Assembly: GCA_964372345.1 (NCBI GenBank)
Contig: CAYJQR010000004.1
Coordinates: 1,269 to 49,545 of the forward strand
Direction: 5' to 3'
Source: an uncultured Planctomycetia bacterium
Lineage (GTDB): Bacteria > Omnitrophota > Gorgyraeia > JACOVV01
Length of the DNA stretch: 48,277 bases
Part shown: positions 1 through 7,131 of the stretch, in pieces
Numbering within the stretch: position 1 is the stretch's first letter
Layout of the letters: each line of letters opens with the position of its first letter
Notes under the pieces: generated by a model
What the model was told of the DNA's origin: nothing
Database searches by the model: none
The model's input: the letters and a program-made list of their open reading frames with translations, nothing else
Made by a program: the position numbers and the translations under genes

Positions 1-28
1 CGTTGTTTTTAGAGTTCGCTGGTCTCAT
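1..28 (-). CDS. 5' end of the next gene, truncated by the window edge (MRPANSKNN...); by position after dnaG possibly rpoD
   Basis: ATG at 28 preceded by GGAGGTGA overlapping the dnaG stop. Identity is inferred only from the usual dnaG-rpoD synteny. Confidence 0.35.
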
Positions 29-34
29 TACCGA

Positions 35-1867
35 TCACCTCCTCGCCTCGGGGCGCTCGCCTCTCGGCCTGCCTAGCCTCGGCGAGGCTGGCGAAGCCGA
101 GGGAAGCCACGGGGATTGCTGTTGATGAATTTTAAGAACCTGTTGATACTCCGTCAAAAGCCGGTCTAACTGATCCGTCTGGTCCGTTTCTGCTGACGCG
201 ATTTCCTGCTGTAACTTTCCTAACTGTTTCCTGTACCGGTTCTGTTTGAGCCACCGAACGCAGTCTTTTAAACTTTTCTCAGGTTCTATCACGGCCTCTT
301 CATCGGAGAGGACGCCCGAGAAAAAACGAGCCGATTCCAAATCCTCTAATCCGCTCAACCATTGGTTCATCTGCCGCGGGTCCAGCGATCCGTCGAAAAC
401 ATTTTTCATTAAACTCCTGACTTGTTCGTTTTCAAAATCCTCCGCCCGGAGTTCCCGCTGGATCGTTTGTAAAAAATCGGGTTGTTCAAAAACAAGCCGA
501 AGCAGTAACTTCTCCGCCAGAGAAATCCGCGGCGGCTGATTTTTGACCGGCTTTACTTCCTCCGTTCTCATCCCCGGGAACTGGTTCAGTTCGCTCCAAA
601 GGTTTTCTTCTCTAACGTGGATCTTTTCCGCCAACTGCTTGAGGTATTCTCCCCGCAATACCGGGCTCGGGAGACGCCGTATCGTCGCCAGCATCTCTTT
701 GGCGACCTGCGCCTTCTGGTGAGGATCACGGATATCCTTTTCCCGCAAAAGCAACCCCAGTTTGTACTCCAGCAGGTCTTTGGCCTGCTGCATTTTCTGG
801 CGAAACGCGCCCGCCCCTTCATGGCGGACAAAATCATCCGGATCTTTCCCCTGCGGGAGATCCATCAACCTGACCTGACAGCCTTCCTCTAAAAGAAGGT
901 CCAGCCCTCTCAGCGACGCCATCTGCCCCGCCTGATCACCGTCGTAAACCACGATGACGCGGTGAGTGAACCGTTTTAGAACCCGGATCTGCTCCACTGT
1001 TAGAGCGGTGCCGCAGCTGGCCACGACAAACTCAATTCCCGCTTGATAAAGAGCGATCAAATCCATGTACCCTTCGACCAGGAGAACAGCGTCTTTCTCT
1101 TTAATGCTTTCTTTCACCCACGAGAGCCCGTAGAGCTGGCGTCCTTTCTGATAAATTTCCGTCTCCGGAGAATTCAGATACTTGGGCGTCCCTTCTTCCG
1201 TAAGAACGCGGCCTCCAAAACCAACCACTCTGTCACGGAGGTCGAAAATAGGAAACATCAAGCGATTTCGAAACCGGTCGTAATACCCCCCCCCCTCCCG
1301 TTGGAGAACCAGTCCTCCCCTCGCTAAAGCGGCCGTTGAAACTCCGTTACTCTTCGCGAAAGCGATCAGTCCCTCCCATTGATCGGGAGAAAACCCCAGT
1401 TGGAATTTTTTGATGATCTCCGCTGAAACCCCGCGCTTGCGCAGATACTGCTGGACCGGGGCGTCTACTGGAGAACGAATGAGAAAATCATGATAATAAC
1501 TGGCCGCCAGACTGTTCACTTCGTAAATTTCCTGGCCCCCCCCGCGGCTTTGCTTGGCAAAGCCAAGCAGCGGGGGCTGAGGGATCGTGATTCCAAGCCG
1601 CTCGGCGAGAAATTCCACCGTTTCAGGAAACGTCATCCGCTCCTGCTTCATCAAGAAACTGAAAACATTTCCCCCCTCTCCACAGCCGAAGCAGTGAAAA
1701 ATCTGCTTCTGCGGGCTCACCATGAAAGAAGAAGTCTTTTCATGATGAAACGGACAGAGGGCCTTAAAATTACTCCCCGCCTTTTTTAGGGTGATATAAC
1801 CGGAGATGATCTCGACGATATCCGCCCGATCCCTCACCTGTTCTATCACCGACTCCGGAATCGCCAT
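35..1867 (-). CDS. dnaG: DNA primase
   Basis: CHC2 zinc finger (CPFHHEKT...CFGC), KYLNSPET, TOPRIM motifs VEGYMD, YDGDQAG and KDPDD. Confidence 0.98.
   Translation of the reverse strand: MAIPESVIEQVRDRADIVEIISGYITLKKAGSNFKALCPFHHEKTSSFMVSPQKQIFHCFGCGEGGNVFSFLMKQERMTFPETVEFLAERLGITIPQPPLLGFAKQSRGGGQEIYEVNSLAASYYHDFLIRSPVDAPVQQYLRKRGVSAEIIKKFQLGFSPDQWEGLIAFAKSNGVSTAALARGGLVLQREGGGYYDRFRNRLMFPIFDLRDRVVGFGGRVLTEEGTPKYLNSPETEIYQKGRQLYGLSWVKESIKEKDAVLLVEGYMDLIALYQAGIEFVVASCGTALTVEQIRVLKRFTHRVIVVYDGDQAGQMASLRGLDLLLEEGCQVRLMDLPQGKDPDDFVRHEGAGAFRQKMQQAKDLLEYKLGLLLREKDIRDPHQKAQVAKEMLATIRRLPSPVLRGEYLKQLAEKIHVREENLWSELNQFPGMRTEEVKPVKNQPPRISLAEKLLLRLVFEQPDFLQTIQRELRAEDFENEQVRSLMKNVFDGSLDPRQMNQWLSGLEDLESARFFSGVLSDEEAVIEPEKSLKDCVRWLKQNRYRKQLGKLQQEIASAETDQTDQLDRLLTEYQQVLKIHQQQSPWLPSASPASPRLGRPRGERPEARR
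43..113. repeat. Nested palindromic REP-like element, 71-nt form, encoding the DnaG C-terminal tail
   Basis: Matches 35267-35313 except for one substitution and a 24-nt internal insertion (69-92). Confidence 0.85.
1539..1576. repeat. GC-rich palindromic insert in the dnaG interdomain linker
   Basis: cccccgc...tgcttggc-aaa-gccaagca...gcggggg, encoding PPLLGFAKQSRGG. Confidence 0.6.
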
Positions 1868-1881
1868 TGCTTCTCCTTAAC

Positions 1882-2427
1882 TTACAAATCCGCTGTCAAA
1901 GAACCCGCCCCCGTCCGAAACGGATAAACCTGAAGAACTGCCTCGTAAACTTTTGGAGCCGCTTGAATCAAATAAGGGGCTGACCAAGATCTCTCTTTAA
2001 TCTCTTTTTCCAGAGCGCCGCTCGGGGCGCGCGATAAAACCACGAGGATCAGACTCGTGAGGTACCCTCCGCGCAAAAACCCGAGAAGCAATCCGCCCCA
2101 CCGATTCACCCCCGTAGCTGTCTCTAACCGAAGCAGTTTACTCAAGCCCCGATGAATCAGTCCGAAAATCAGATAGGTCGCGATAAAAAGCGCGCCCACG
2201 AAGAATAAATAAAGCCACTTCTCCGGAACCGGAAGACGCACTCGCTCCGCCAGATAAGAAACAACCGAGCCGGCGTGCTGAAGAGAAACCACCTGCGCGG
2301 CTGCTAAACCGATCAACGTGGTCAGCTCCGGGATCAATCCTCTTTTGGAACCGACGTAAAGCGCTCTCACCATGATGACAAAAACGATAAAATCAATCCA
2401 ATTGAGCCGGCGCCAAAATTCAGTCAT
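1882..2427 (-). CDS. cvpA: CvpA (colicin V production) family membrane protein
   Basis: N-terminal NWIDFIV...GSKRGLIPE pattern, several hydrophobic helices, NRWGGLLLGFLRG motif. Confidence 0.85.
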   Translation of the reverse strand: MTEFWRRLNWIDFIVFVIMVRALYVGSKRGLIPELTTLIGLAAAQVVSLQHAGSVVSYLAERVRLPVPEKWLYLFFVGALFIATYLIFGLIHRGLSKLLRLETATGVNRWGGLLLGFLRGGYLTSLILVVLSRAPSGALEKEIKERSWSAPYLIQAAPKVYEAVLQVYPFRTGAGSLTADL

Positions 2428-2451
2428 ATTTTATCTTTCTAGGTCGCAAGA

Positions 2452-2480
2452 AGTATAACACGGATTTGACAGGGTGTCAA
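2452..2480 (-). promoter_or_regulatory. Sigma70-type promoter for cvpA-dnaG
   Basis: TTGACA-17 nt-TATACT on the minus strand. The -35 lies within a TTGACA-ggg-TGTCAA dyad. Confidence 0.7.
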
Positions 2481-2493
2481 GGGAGTGTTACTT

Positions 2494-3252
2494 TCATAAG
2501 TCTTTTAATATGTTTAAGTTAACTATTAGAGCCAATGCAGCCACGACGGCTGTTTCACAGCGCAAAGTATTCTCCGCTAATCGTACAGGAATCGCCCCGG
2601 AGACGATCGCTTTTTCTTCTTCCCGTGGACTCCATCCTCCTTCTGGACCGATCATTAAACAAATTTTCTTACCCAAATCTTTTTTCTCCAGCAAAACCTT
2701 CGCGAAATTCTCACCTGAAGGATTGGGTGTTAAGAGAAACGCAGGGGCGATTCGCGAATCGCCCCTGCAAATTCCTTCTAGAAATTCGTTAAATTCCGTT
2801 ATCGGACTGATCGTCGGAAGGATCGCTTGCCCGCTCTGCTTGGCGGCCGCTCGGATAATCCGTTCCCATCGCCCCTGCCGCGCCCCCGTCCGAATATCCA
2901 CAACGCTTCTTTCCGTCTTCATCGGAACGATTTCCGTCACTCCAAACTCAACCGCTTTCTCAACGATAAAATCCATTTGCTGACGTTTTACAAAAGCCGT
3001 GGCTAATGTTAATTGCAGGGGCAATTCAGGAATCGCCCCTGCCTGATTTGTCGAGAGAATTTTCAATTCGATCTGCTGTCGGCTGACCGCATGGATTTGA
3101 GAAAGATATTCCCCCCCCATCCCATCTAAGAGCTGAACCTTTTCTCCGACTTTAAATCGCAATACATGAAGAAGGTGATGAATTTCTGCAGTGTCGCTCA
3201 GCACAGCTCTGGCGCCATTGATATCGGTGTGCTTGATTAGAAAACGGCGCAT
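2494..3252 (-). CDS. rsmE: 16S rRNA m3U1498 methyltransferase RsmE (start revised to ATG 3252, MRRFLIK)
   Basis: HHLLHVLR, KAVEFGV, AAKQSG, IGPEGGWS and LRCETA SPOUT motifs. Confidence 0.95.
   Translation of the reverse strand: MRRFLIKHTDINGARAVLSDTAEIHHLLHVLRFKVGEKVQLLDGMGGEYLSQIHAVSRQQIELKILSTNQAGAIPELPLQLTLATAFVKRQQMDFIVEKAVEFGVTEIVPMKTERSVVDIRTGARQGRWERIIRAAAKQSGQAILPTISPITEFNEFLEGICRGDSRIAPAFLLTPNPSGENFAKVLLEKKDLGKKICLMIGPEGGWSPREEEKAIVSGAIPVRLAENTLRCETAVVAALALIVNLNILKDL
2741..2768. repeat. Perfect 28-bp REP-like palindrome inside rsmE
   Basis: gcaggggcgattcgcgaatcgcccctgc is its own reverse complement. Confidence 0.85.
3015..3042. repeat. Second, degenerate copy of the same palindrome inside rsmE
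   Basis: gcaggggcaattcaggaatcgcccctgc. Confidence 0.75.
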
Positions 3253-3259
3253 GTTCCCA

Positions 3260-3832
3260 TTAGGACTCCAGCTCCCGTATCCATCGGGCAAAATCGGCTG
3301 GGGAGATTCTCTGGACAAAGTCAAAATAGGTGGATCTCATATGAGCCAAGATCCGGACATACTTCTCAAAATAAAAAGCCAACTTATGGAGAATTTCTTC
3401 CAGCGCCGTTCTTTGCCGATAGATCTTACGATAATACTCAGCCGCCAGATCATAATAAGCCTTCCCCCGACCCATATAGATTGCGGGGGTTTGTTCATAA
3501 AATCGCCGAAACGCCCCTCGAGGTTTTCCTAGATTTTGAAAGATTCCCAGAGAGGTGAGTAAATGATCCGCATTGAACTTATAGGTGAGATATTGGCAAA
3601 CATGATCTTGAATTTGTTCTACCTTGCTAAAAACATCGCTATCATATTCACTGACATATCCTAGAGCCCACTGCAGATAAGTAGGATTTGTTAAGACAAC
3701 AAGCAAATGAGCCAAGTAAACATTGACCCCTTCATCCTGTTCTTGCTTCAGTTCCATTTGAGCGCGAACCAGGGAACAGACTAGAAAACGACAAGCGTCA
3801 TTATCATTGTCGTGGGAAGATTCTAGTTCCAT
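3260..3832 (-). CDS. Hypothetical helical protein, 190 aa (start revised to ATG 3832, MELESSHD)
   Basis: Strong SD (GGAGAGGTGA) and TGGTATACT extended -10 upstream. No recognisable family motif. Confidence 0.7.
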   Translation of the reverse strand: MELESSHDNDNDACRFLVCSLVRAQMELKQEQDEGVNVYLAHLLVVLTNPTYLQWALGYVSEYDSDVFSKVEQIQDHVCQYLTYKFNADHLLTSLGIFQNLGKPRGAFRRFYEQTPAIYMGRGKAYYDLAAEYYRKIYRQRTALEEILHKLAFYFEKYVRILAHMRSTYFDFVQRISPADFARWIRELES

Positions 3833-3928
3833 ACTCACCTCTCCTTCATAAGTATACCATACCTGAAAGAGGACGCGATGGATCACATCCCTACATTATT
3901 GTCTCGTGTCCAGACTTGACCCTTGGTT
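3799..3928. repeat. Duplicated promoter/5'-end block, copy 1
   Basis: Shares cattat.attgtcgtgggaagattctagttccatactc.cctct with 4231-4275, gcgatg.atcacatccctacatt with copies 2 and 3, and attgtctcgtgtccagac with copy 3. Confidence 0.9.
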
Positions 3929-3940
3929 CTTGGTTCCGTA

Positions 3941-4123
3941 CTACAATGCTGTCCCTCTCTTCGGAATCCATTTCTTTAAATGAAGATGGTATCTCTTACA
4001 AAATTCGCTAGCTTCTTGCTGAATTCTCGCTGCGACCTCCTCAAAAGGCAATCCCTTTGTCTTTTGATACGCTCTTTCCTTCCATTCCCAAACCTCTTTT
4101 AATGATTTATCATCTTTCATCAT
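3941..4123 (-). CDS. Small helical protein, probable antitoxin partner of the upstream PIN remnant
   Basis: 60 aa (EVWEWKERAY...). Overlaps the end of a PIN-like fragment. Function inferred from context. Confidence 0.55.
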   Translation of the reverse strand: MMKDDKSLKEVWEWKERAYQKTKGLPFEEVAARIQQEASEFCKRYHLHLKKWIPKRGTAL

Positions 4124-4184
4124 CCATTACCTCAAAGAAAAAATTCCATCCCGACGTCTCTAGGTATATTTCTAATTTCTTCAT
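4110..4184 (-). pseudogene. Internally deleted PIN-domain toxin remnant (MKKLEIYLETSGWNFFFEVMDDER*)
   Basis: The N-terminus resembles the PIN beta1 motif (hhhL[DE]TS), but the ORF is only 24 aa and overlaps the downstream 60-aa gene. Confidence 0.6.
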
Positions 4185-4230
4185 CTCAACAACAAATAAG
4201 AACTCCTCCTAGACATAGTTTACCACAATT

Positions 4231-4405
4231 CATTATGATTGTCGTGGGAAGATTCTAGTTCCATACTCGCCTCTCTTTACATATAGATTTGACCCTTCGA
4301 CGGAGTTTACCCCGAGCGGAGTCGAGGGGCTCAGGGCAAGCTCCGCTCACTATAAGAGTATACCATAGTCTTGAAAGAGGGCGCGATGAATCACATCCCT
4401 ACATT
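4231..4405. repeat. Duplicated promoter/5'-end block, copy 2, interrupted by a ~70-nt palindromic insert
   Basis: Encodes MELESSHDNHN, a duplicate of the start of ORF 3260-3832, plus the same -10 and dyad. Confidence 0.9.
4288..4350. repeat. Nested CCCTTCGAC...GCTCAGGGCAAG-type palindromic element
   Basis: cccttcgac[ggagtttaccccgagcggagtcgagggg]ctcagggcaagctccgctca. The inner part is a reverse-oriented copy of the same motif. Absent from copy 1 of the block. Confidence 0.75.
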
Positions 4406-4420
4406 GCGTTTAGAACTGGT

Positions 4421-4440
4421 TCCCACGCTCTCTCGTGGGA
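4421..4440. repeat. Short REP-like hairpin (cccacgct...cgtggg family)
   Basis: tcccacg-ctctct-cgtggga, related to 6136-6154. Confidence 0.55.
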
Positions 4441-4467
4441 GCAAAGATGTAATATGAATACAGATCC

Positions 4468-4496
4468 TTGACGGATCATATGAGATAAGGTAAACT
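4468..4496 (+). promoter_or_regulatory. Sigma70-type promoter for the hicB-hicA-like module
   Basis: TTGACG-17 nt-TAAACT. Confidence 0.6.
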
Positions 4497-4518
4497 GTTA
4501 ATCAGAGAGAGAAACACG

Positions 4519-4866
4519 ATGAAAAAACGAACTGATGACCAGATGAATATGCATATTTTGTTGATTCACGACCGTAAAAAAGGTGTACATATCGCTAATT
4601 GCTTAGAGATGGATCTAGCCGCACAAGGTAAGACTCAGAAAGAAGTTCTAGAGAACCTTAAGGAATGCATTAGGATGCAATTGGAATTTGCATTAGAGAA
4701 TGGTAGTTTGGATACGGTTTTCCGATCTGCCCCTCCTGAGGAGTGGGCTATGTTTTATAAGGCATGGCTGTTGAATGCACAGAAAAATCTCTCCTTGTAT
4801 CCCCATCATACCGCCAAAAACTTATTATCCAATCTTCTCAAAAATCCAGAAATAGCCTATGCCTGA
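4519..4866 (+). CDS. HicB-like antitoxin
   Basis: HIANCLEMDLAAQGKTQKEVLENLKECI matches the HicB partial RNase H fold pattern. Overlaps the downstream HicA-like start. Confidence 0.75.
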   Translation: MKKRTDDQMNMHILLIHDRKKGVHIANCLEMDLAAQGKTQKEVLENLKECIRMQLEFALENGSLDTVFRSAPPEEWAMFYKAWLLNAQKNLSLYPHHTAKNLLSNLLKNPEIAYA

Positions 4867-5066
4867 GGATAAGCACCTCAAGTACCGAGAGTTGCGCCAA
4901 CTACTTGTTACGTTTGGAGTCTATGAATTATCCCATCGAGGTAAAGGTTCCCATCGGTTATTAGTCCACGATAACATTAATGAATGAGGGTGAAGAGATT
5001 CATTCCTTTATCATTCGCAAGATCCGCAGGGTTTTCAATATTCCATTTGAAGCTTTCTATCGGTAA
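4859..5066 (+). pseudogene. Frameshifted HicA-like mRNA interferase toxin
   Basis: Frame 1, MPEDKHLKYRELRQLLVTFGV...RGKGSHRLLVHDNINE* (4859-4987), has the GSH motif. A HicA-like C-terminus, NEGEEIHSFIIRKIRRVFNIPFEAFYR*, continues in another frame (4983-5066). Confidence 0.7.
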
Positions 5067-5111
5067 GGAATTACTTATCATTAAACCCCTTCTCCAAAAA
5101 ATGGAGATGGG

Positions 5112-5203
5112 AAGAGTATACCCTATTCTCAAAAGAGGGAGCGATGGATCACATCCCTACATTACGTAAAGACGTCAATTGTCTCGTGTCCAGACCCTTG
5201 GTT
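5112..5203. repeat. Duplicated promoter block, copy 3
   Basis: aagagtatacc...aaagagggagcgatggatcacatccctacatta...attgtctcgtgtccagacccttggtt. Confidence 0.85.
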
Positions 5204-5221
5204 GGGGATTGACTCAGGTTT

Positions 5222-5611
5222 TTAGAAACCCTTAGTAATCGTGCCAGCTTGATCTATGGTAACGGTATAGGCGGTAACATCGCTGGGTTTTTTGTAATCG
5301 GTTCGGGTTGCGGTGGCTGTAAAAGCCGTCGCAGTAGCGCTCGTGATCGCATACGTGAAATAATTAGGTCCAGTCGTGCTGGTTGGAGGCGCATCAATAT
5401 CCAATGAGGTTAGTGAAGAGGTGTACGTCGCCGATTCATATTTAACCCGTTCTTCAGCTCCGCGAATCGCTCCTAAGAGCTGAACCGCTTCATTCTGCCG
5501 ACTTCTTTCTACCGTCTTCGTATATTGAGGAAGGGCTACCCCCACTAATATCCCCAAGATCACGACCACAATCATCAACTCTAGCAGCGTAAAACCCTTT
5601 ATCTTTCTCAT
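5222..5611 (-). CDS. Type IV pilin (PilA/PilE-like), start revised to MRKIKG|FTLLE
   Basis: Class III signal G|FTLLE, hydrophobic helix, PQY, PilE-like C-terminus (FTATATR...TIDQAG). Confidence 0.9.
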   Translation of the reverse strand: MRKIKGFTLLELMIVVVILGILVGVALPQYTKTVERSRQNEAVQLLGAIRGAEERVKYESATYTSSLTSLDIDAPPTSTTGPNYFTYAITSATATAFTATATRTDYKKPSDVTAYTVTIDQAGTITKGF

Positions 5612-5652
5612 GCGAATCCTCTTTTCTGAACCTCTTAAAAATACGAGATGGA

Positions 5653-6126
5653 TTAAGGCGTAAAAGTACCTCCCCATACGTTATCCTGATCGAGAGTAAT
5701 GGTTTCATCCGCATTCTTTGTCTTTCCTGCTCGCGTTGCTACTACGATGAAACCCTCCTGTTCTGGCGGCGCCTTGATGACTACCGAATAATTCCAGTGA
5801 GTATCGCTGTTCATACTGCTATCCCCCTCTACCCAATAAGAGCCCAACTGACGCCGTATCTCCTCGTTATTCGCACATGCCACGTGCGTTCCATAAACCC
5901 CATGATAAGTTTTCTCCGCCTGTCTGATCCCGCTCAAAATCATCTTTGCTTTGTTTGCTTTTCCTATCTCTGATAACCGCGGGATATTGGCGACCCCTAT
6001 CAACAAAACAACGAACAACCCCACAACCATCATTCCCTTGATCCAATCCTCACTCAACGGCGGGCCTTGCTCTGTTTTTACCGAATCCCTCCCCTGCTGG
6101 AGACTAAAACTCTTATTTCCCATCAC
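5653..6126 (-). CDS. Pilin paralog lacking a canonical prepilin cleavage motif
   Basis: The body aligns by eye with 6228-6635 (QAEK.Y...CANN...LG.Y...W.Y.V...TIT.DQ...GGT), but the N-terminus is KSFSLQQGRDSV... with a polar insert. Confidence 0.7.
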   Translation of the reverse strand: MMGNKSFSLQQGRDSVKTEQGPPLSEDWIKGMMVVGLFVVLLIGVANIPRLSEIGKANKAKMILSGIRQAEKTYHGVYGTHVACANNEEIRRQLGSYWVEGDSSMNSDTHWNYSVVIKAPPEQEGFIVVATRAGKTKNADETITLDQDNVWGGTFTP

Positions 6127-6135
6127 TCCTCACTT

Positions 6136-6190
6136 GCCCACGCTCTGCGTGGGCGCCAGTTGCAAAGCGCCCCGCGGCAAGACCGCGGGG
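6136..6190. repeat. Two short intergenic hairpins between pilin genes
   Basis: gcccacgc-tct-gcgtgggc (6136-6154) and ccccgcgg-caaga-ccgcgggg (6170-6190). Confidence 0.6.
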
Positions 6191-6227
6191 GATTCTAAGA
6201 ATTAAATAAACACAGAACCTGAGATGT

Positions 6228-6635
6228 CTAATAAGGCCAAGTCCCCCCCTTTGTTCCAACCTGGTCAAAAGTGATAGTCTTATCCTTTACTGCAGCCGAA
6301 CCAGCGAGTCTTTTCGCCGTAACCAAAAACGCCGTGGTGCTAGAGCCCGTAACTGTATAAGACCAATCACTATCACTCATCGCATCTGTCATGTCTATAT
6401 AGTTTCCTAAGTTAGTGGTTATTGCCGAGTTGTTAGCACAATCAATATACACATCCCTCTCTCCACGATACATCTTCTCTGCCTGCGCAACGATGTTCAG
6501 AGCGCTGAGTGCCTTGGCCGATTTGGCACGCTCTGTGGCAGTGGTAAACTGCGGCACCGCAACAGCCGCCAGAATCCCAATCACGATGACCACGATCAAT
6601 AACTCAATGAGCGTAAACCCTTTTGTCGTTCTCAT
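6228..6635 (-). CDS. Type IV pilin, candidate major pilin
   Basis: MRTTKG|FTLIELLIVVIVIGILAAVAVP. It has its own promoter-like region upstream. Confidence 0.93.
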   Translation of the reverse strand: MRTTKGFTLIELLIVVIVIGILAAVAVPQFTTATERAKSAKALSALNIVAQAEKMYRGERDVYIDCANNSAITTNLGNYIDMTDAMSDSDWSYTVTGSSTTAFLVTAKRLAGSAAVKDKTITFDQVGTKGGTWPY

Positions 6636-6683
6636 TTGATCCCCCTTTTTTTTGATTTACTACGCCTCTTCCTCCACTGTTAA

Positions 6684-6722
6684 AAGAGTATACCATGACT
6701 CTCACAAAAATGCTAGAGTCAT
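6684..6722 (-). promoter_or_regulatory. Putative pilin promoter with upstream dyad
   Basis: TGGTATACT extended -10 (13 nt identical to 4354-4366) and inverted repeat atgactct-N12-agagtcat (6695-6722). Confidence 0.5.
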
Positions 6723-7108
6723 CAATAATCCCACGTTCCACTCATGACCCCATCGTGGGTCATTTCAATGGTTTGCCCTGCCGTTGGGCCATTCCCTAAT
6801 CGTGTGGCGATCATTTTATAGCCGCTCTCCGGTGTAGGATTGGCTGCGACCTGATAACTCCAATATTGTCTGGTAGGCAATATCCCTAACCCTTGGAGCA
6901 AGGCATCCCCTGTTTCAATCAGATAGTGCTGATGCTTTAAATAGTAGATTCGCTCGGCGGCATTTATTTGCTGGATGGCTCCAAAGGCCTCCTGCCCGCG
7001 TGTCTTTTCGACGAACTTGTTATACGATACACCTGCCAAAGAAGCAAGAATGGCAATGACAATCACCGCAATCAGTAACTCTACTAAAGTAGCGCCGTCT
7101 CTTTTCAT
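6722..7108 (-). CDS. Type IV pilin-like protein (start revised to MKRDG|ATLVE)
   Basis: Class III-like signal with E+5 and a hydrophobic helix. The longer ORF in the track runs through the tRNA and is rejected. Confidence 0.85.
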   Translation of the reverse strand: MKRDGATLVELLIAVIVIAILASLAGVSYNKFVEKTRGQEAFGAIQQINAAERIYYLKHQHYLIETGDALLQGLGILPTRQYWSYQVAANPTPESGYKMIATRLGNGPTAGQTIEMTHDGVMSGTWDY

Positions 7109-7131
7109 TTTAACAACTTCCATCGAACCAT

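Noticed and set aside
3875..3890. CRP or Rex box in the repeated dyad (TGTGA-N4-TCGCG)
   Set aside because: Half-site spacing is 4 nt rather than the 6 nt of CRP/Rex-type sites, so no regulator is assigned.
4289..4471. 60-aa plus-strand ORF
   Set aside because: It is a translation of the palindromic insert and promoter repeat, with no coding support.
4984..5169. 61-aa plus-strand ORF
   Set aside because: Wrong frame for the HicA C-terminus, and it runs into promoter copy 3.
3799..5203. CRISPR or integron (attC) interpretation of the triplicated block
   Set aside because: Spacing is irregular and hundreds of nt, the repeats are promoter and gene-start duplicates without recognisable attC R/L boxes, and there is no integrase.
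6641..6653. Homopolymer phase-variation tract upstream of the pilin
   Set aside because: Only C5-T8, outside the promoter spacer and coding region, so too weak to claim.
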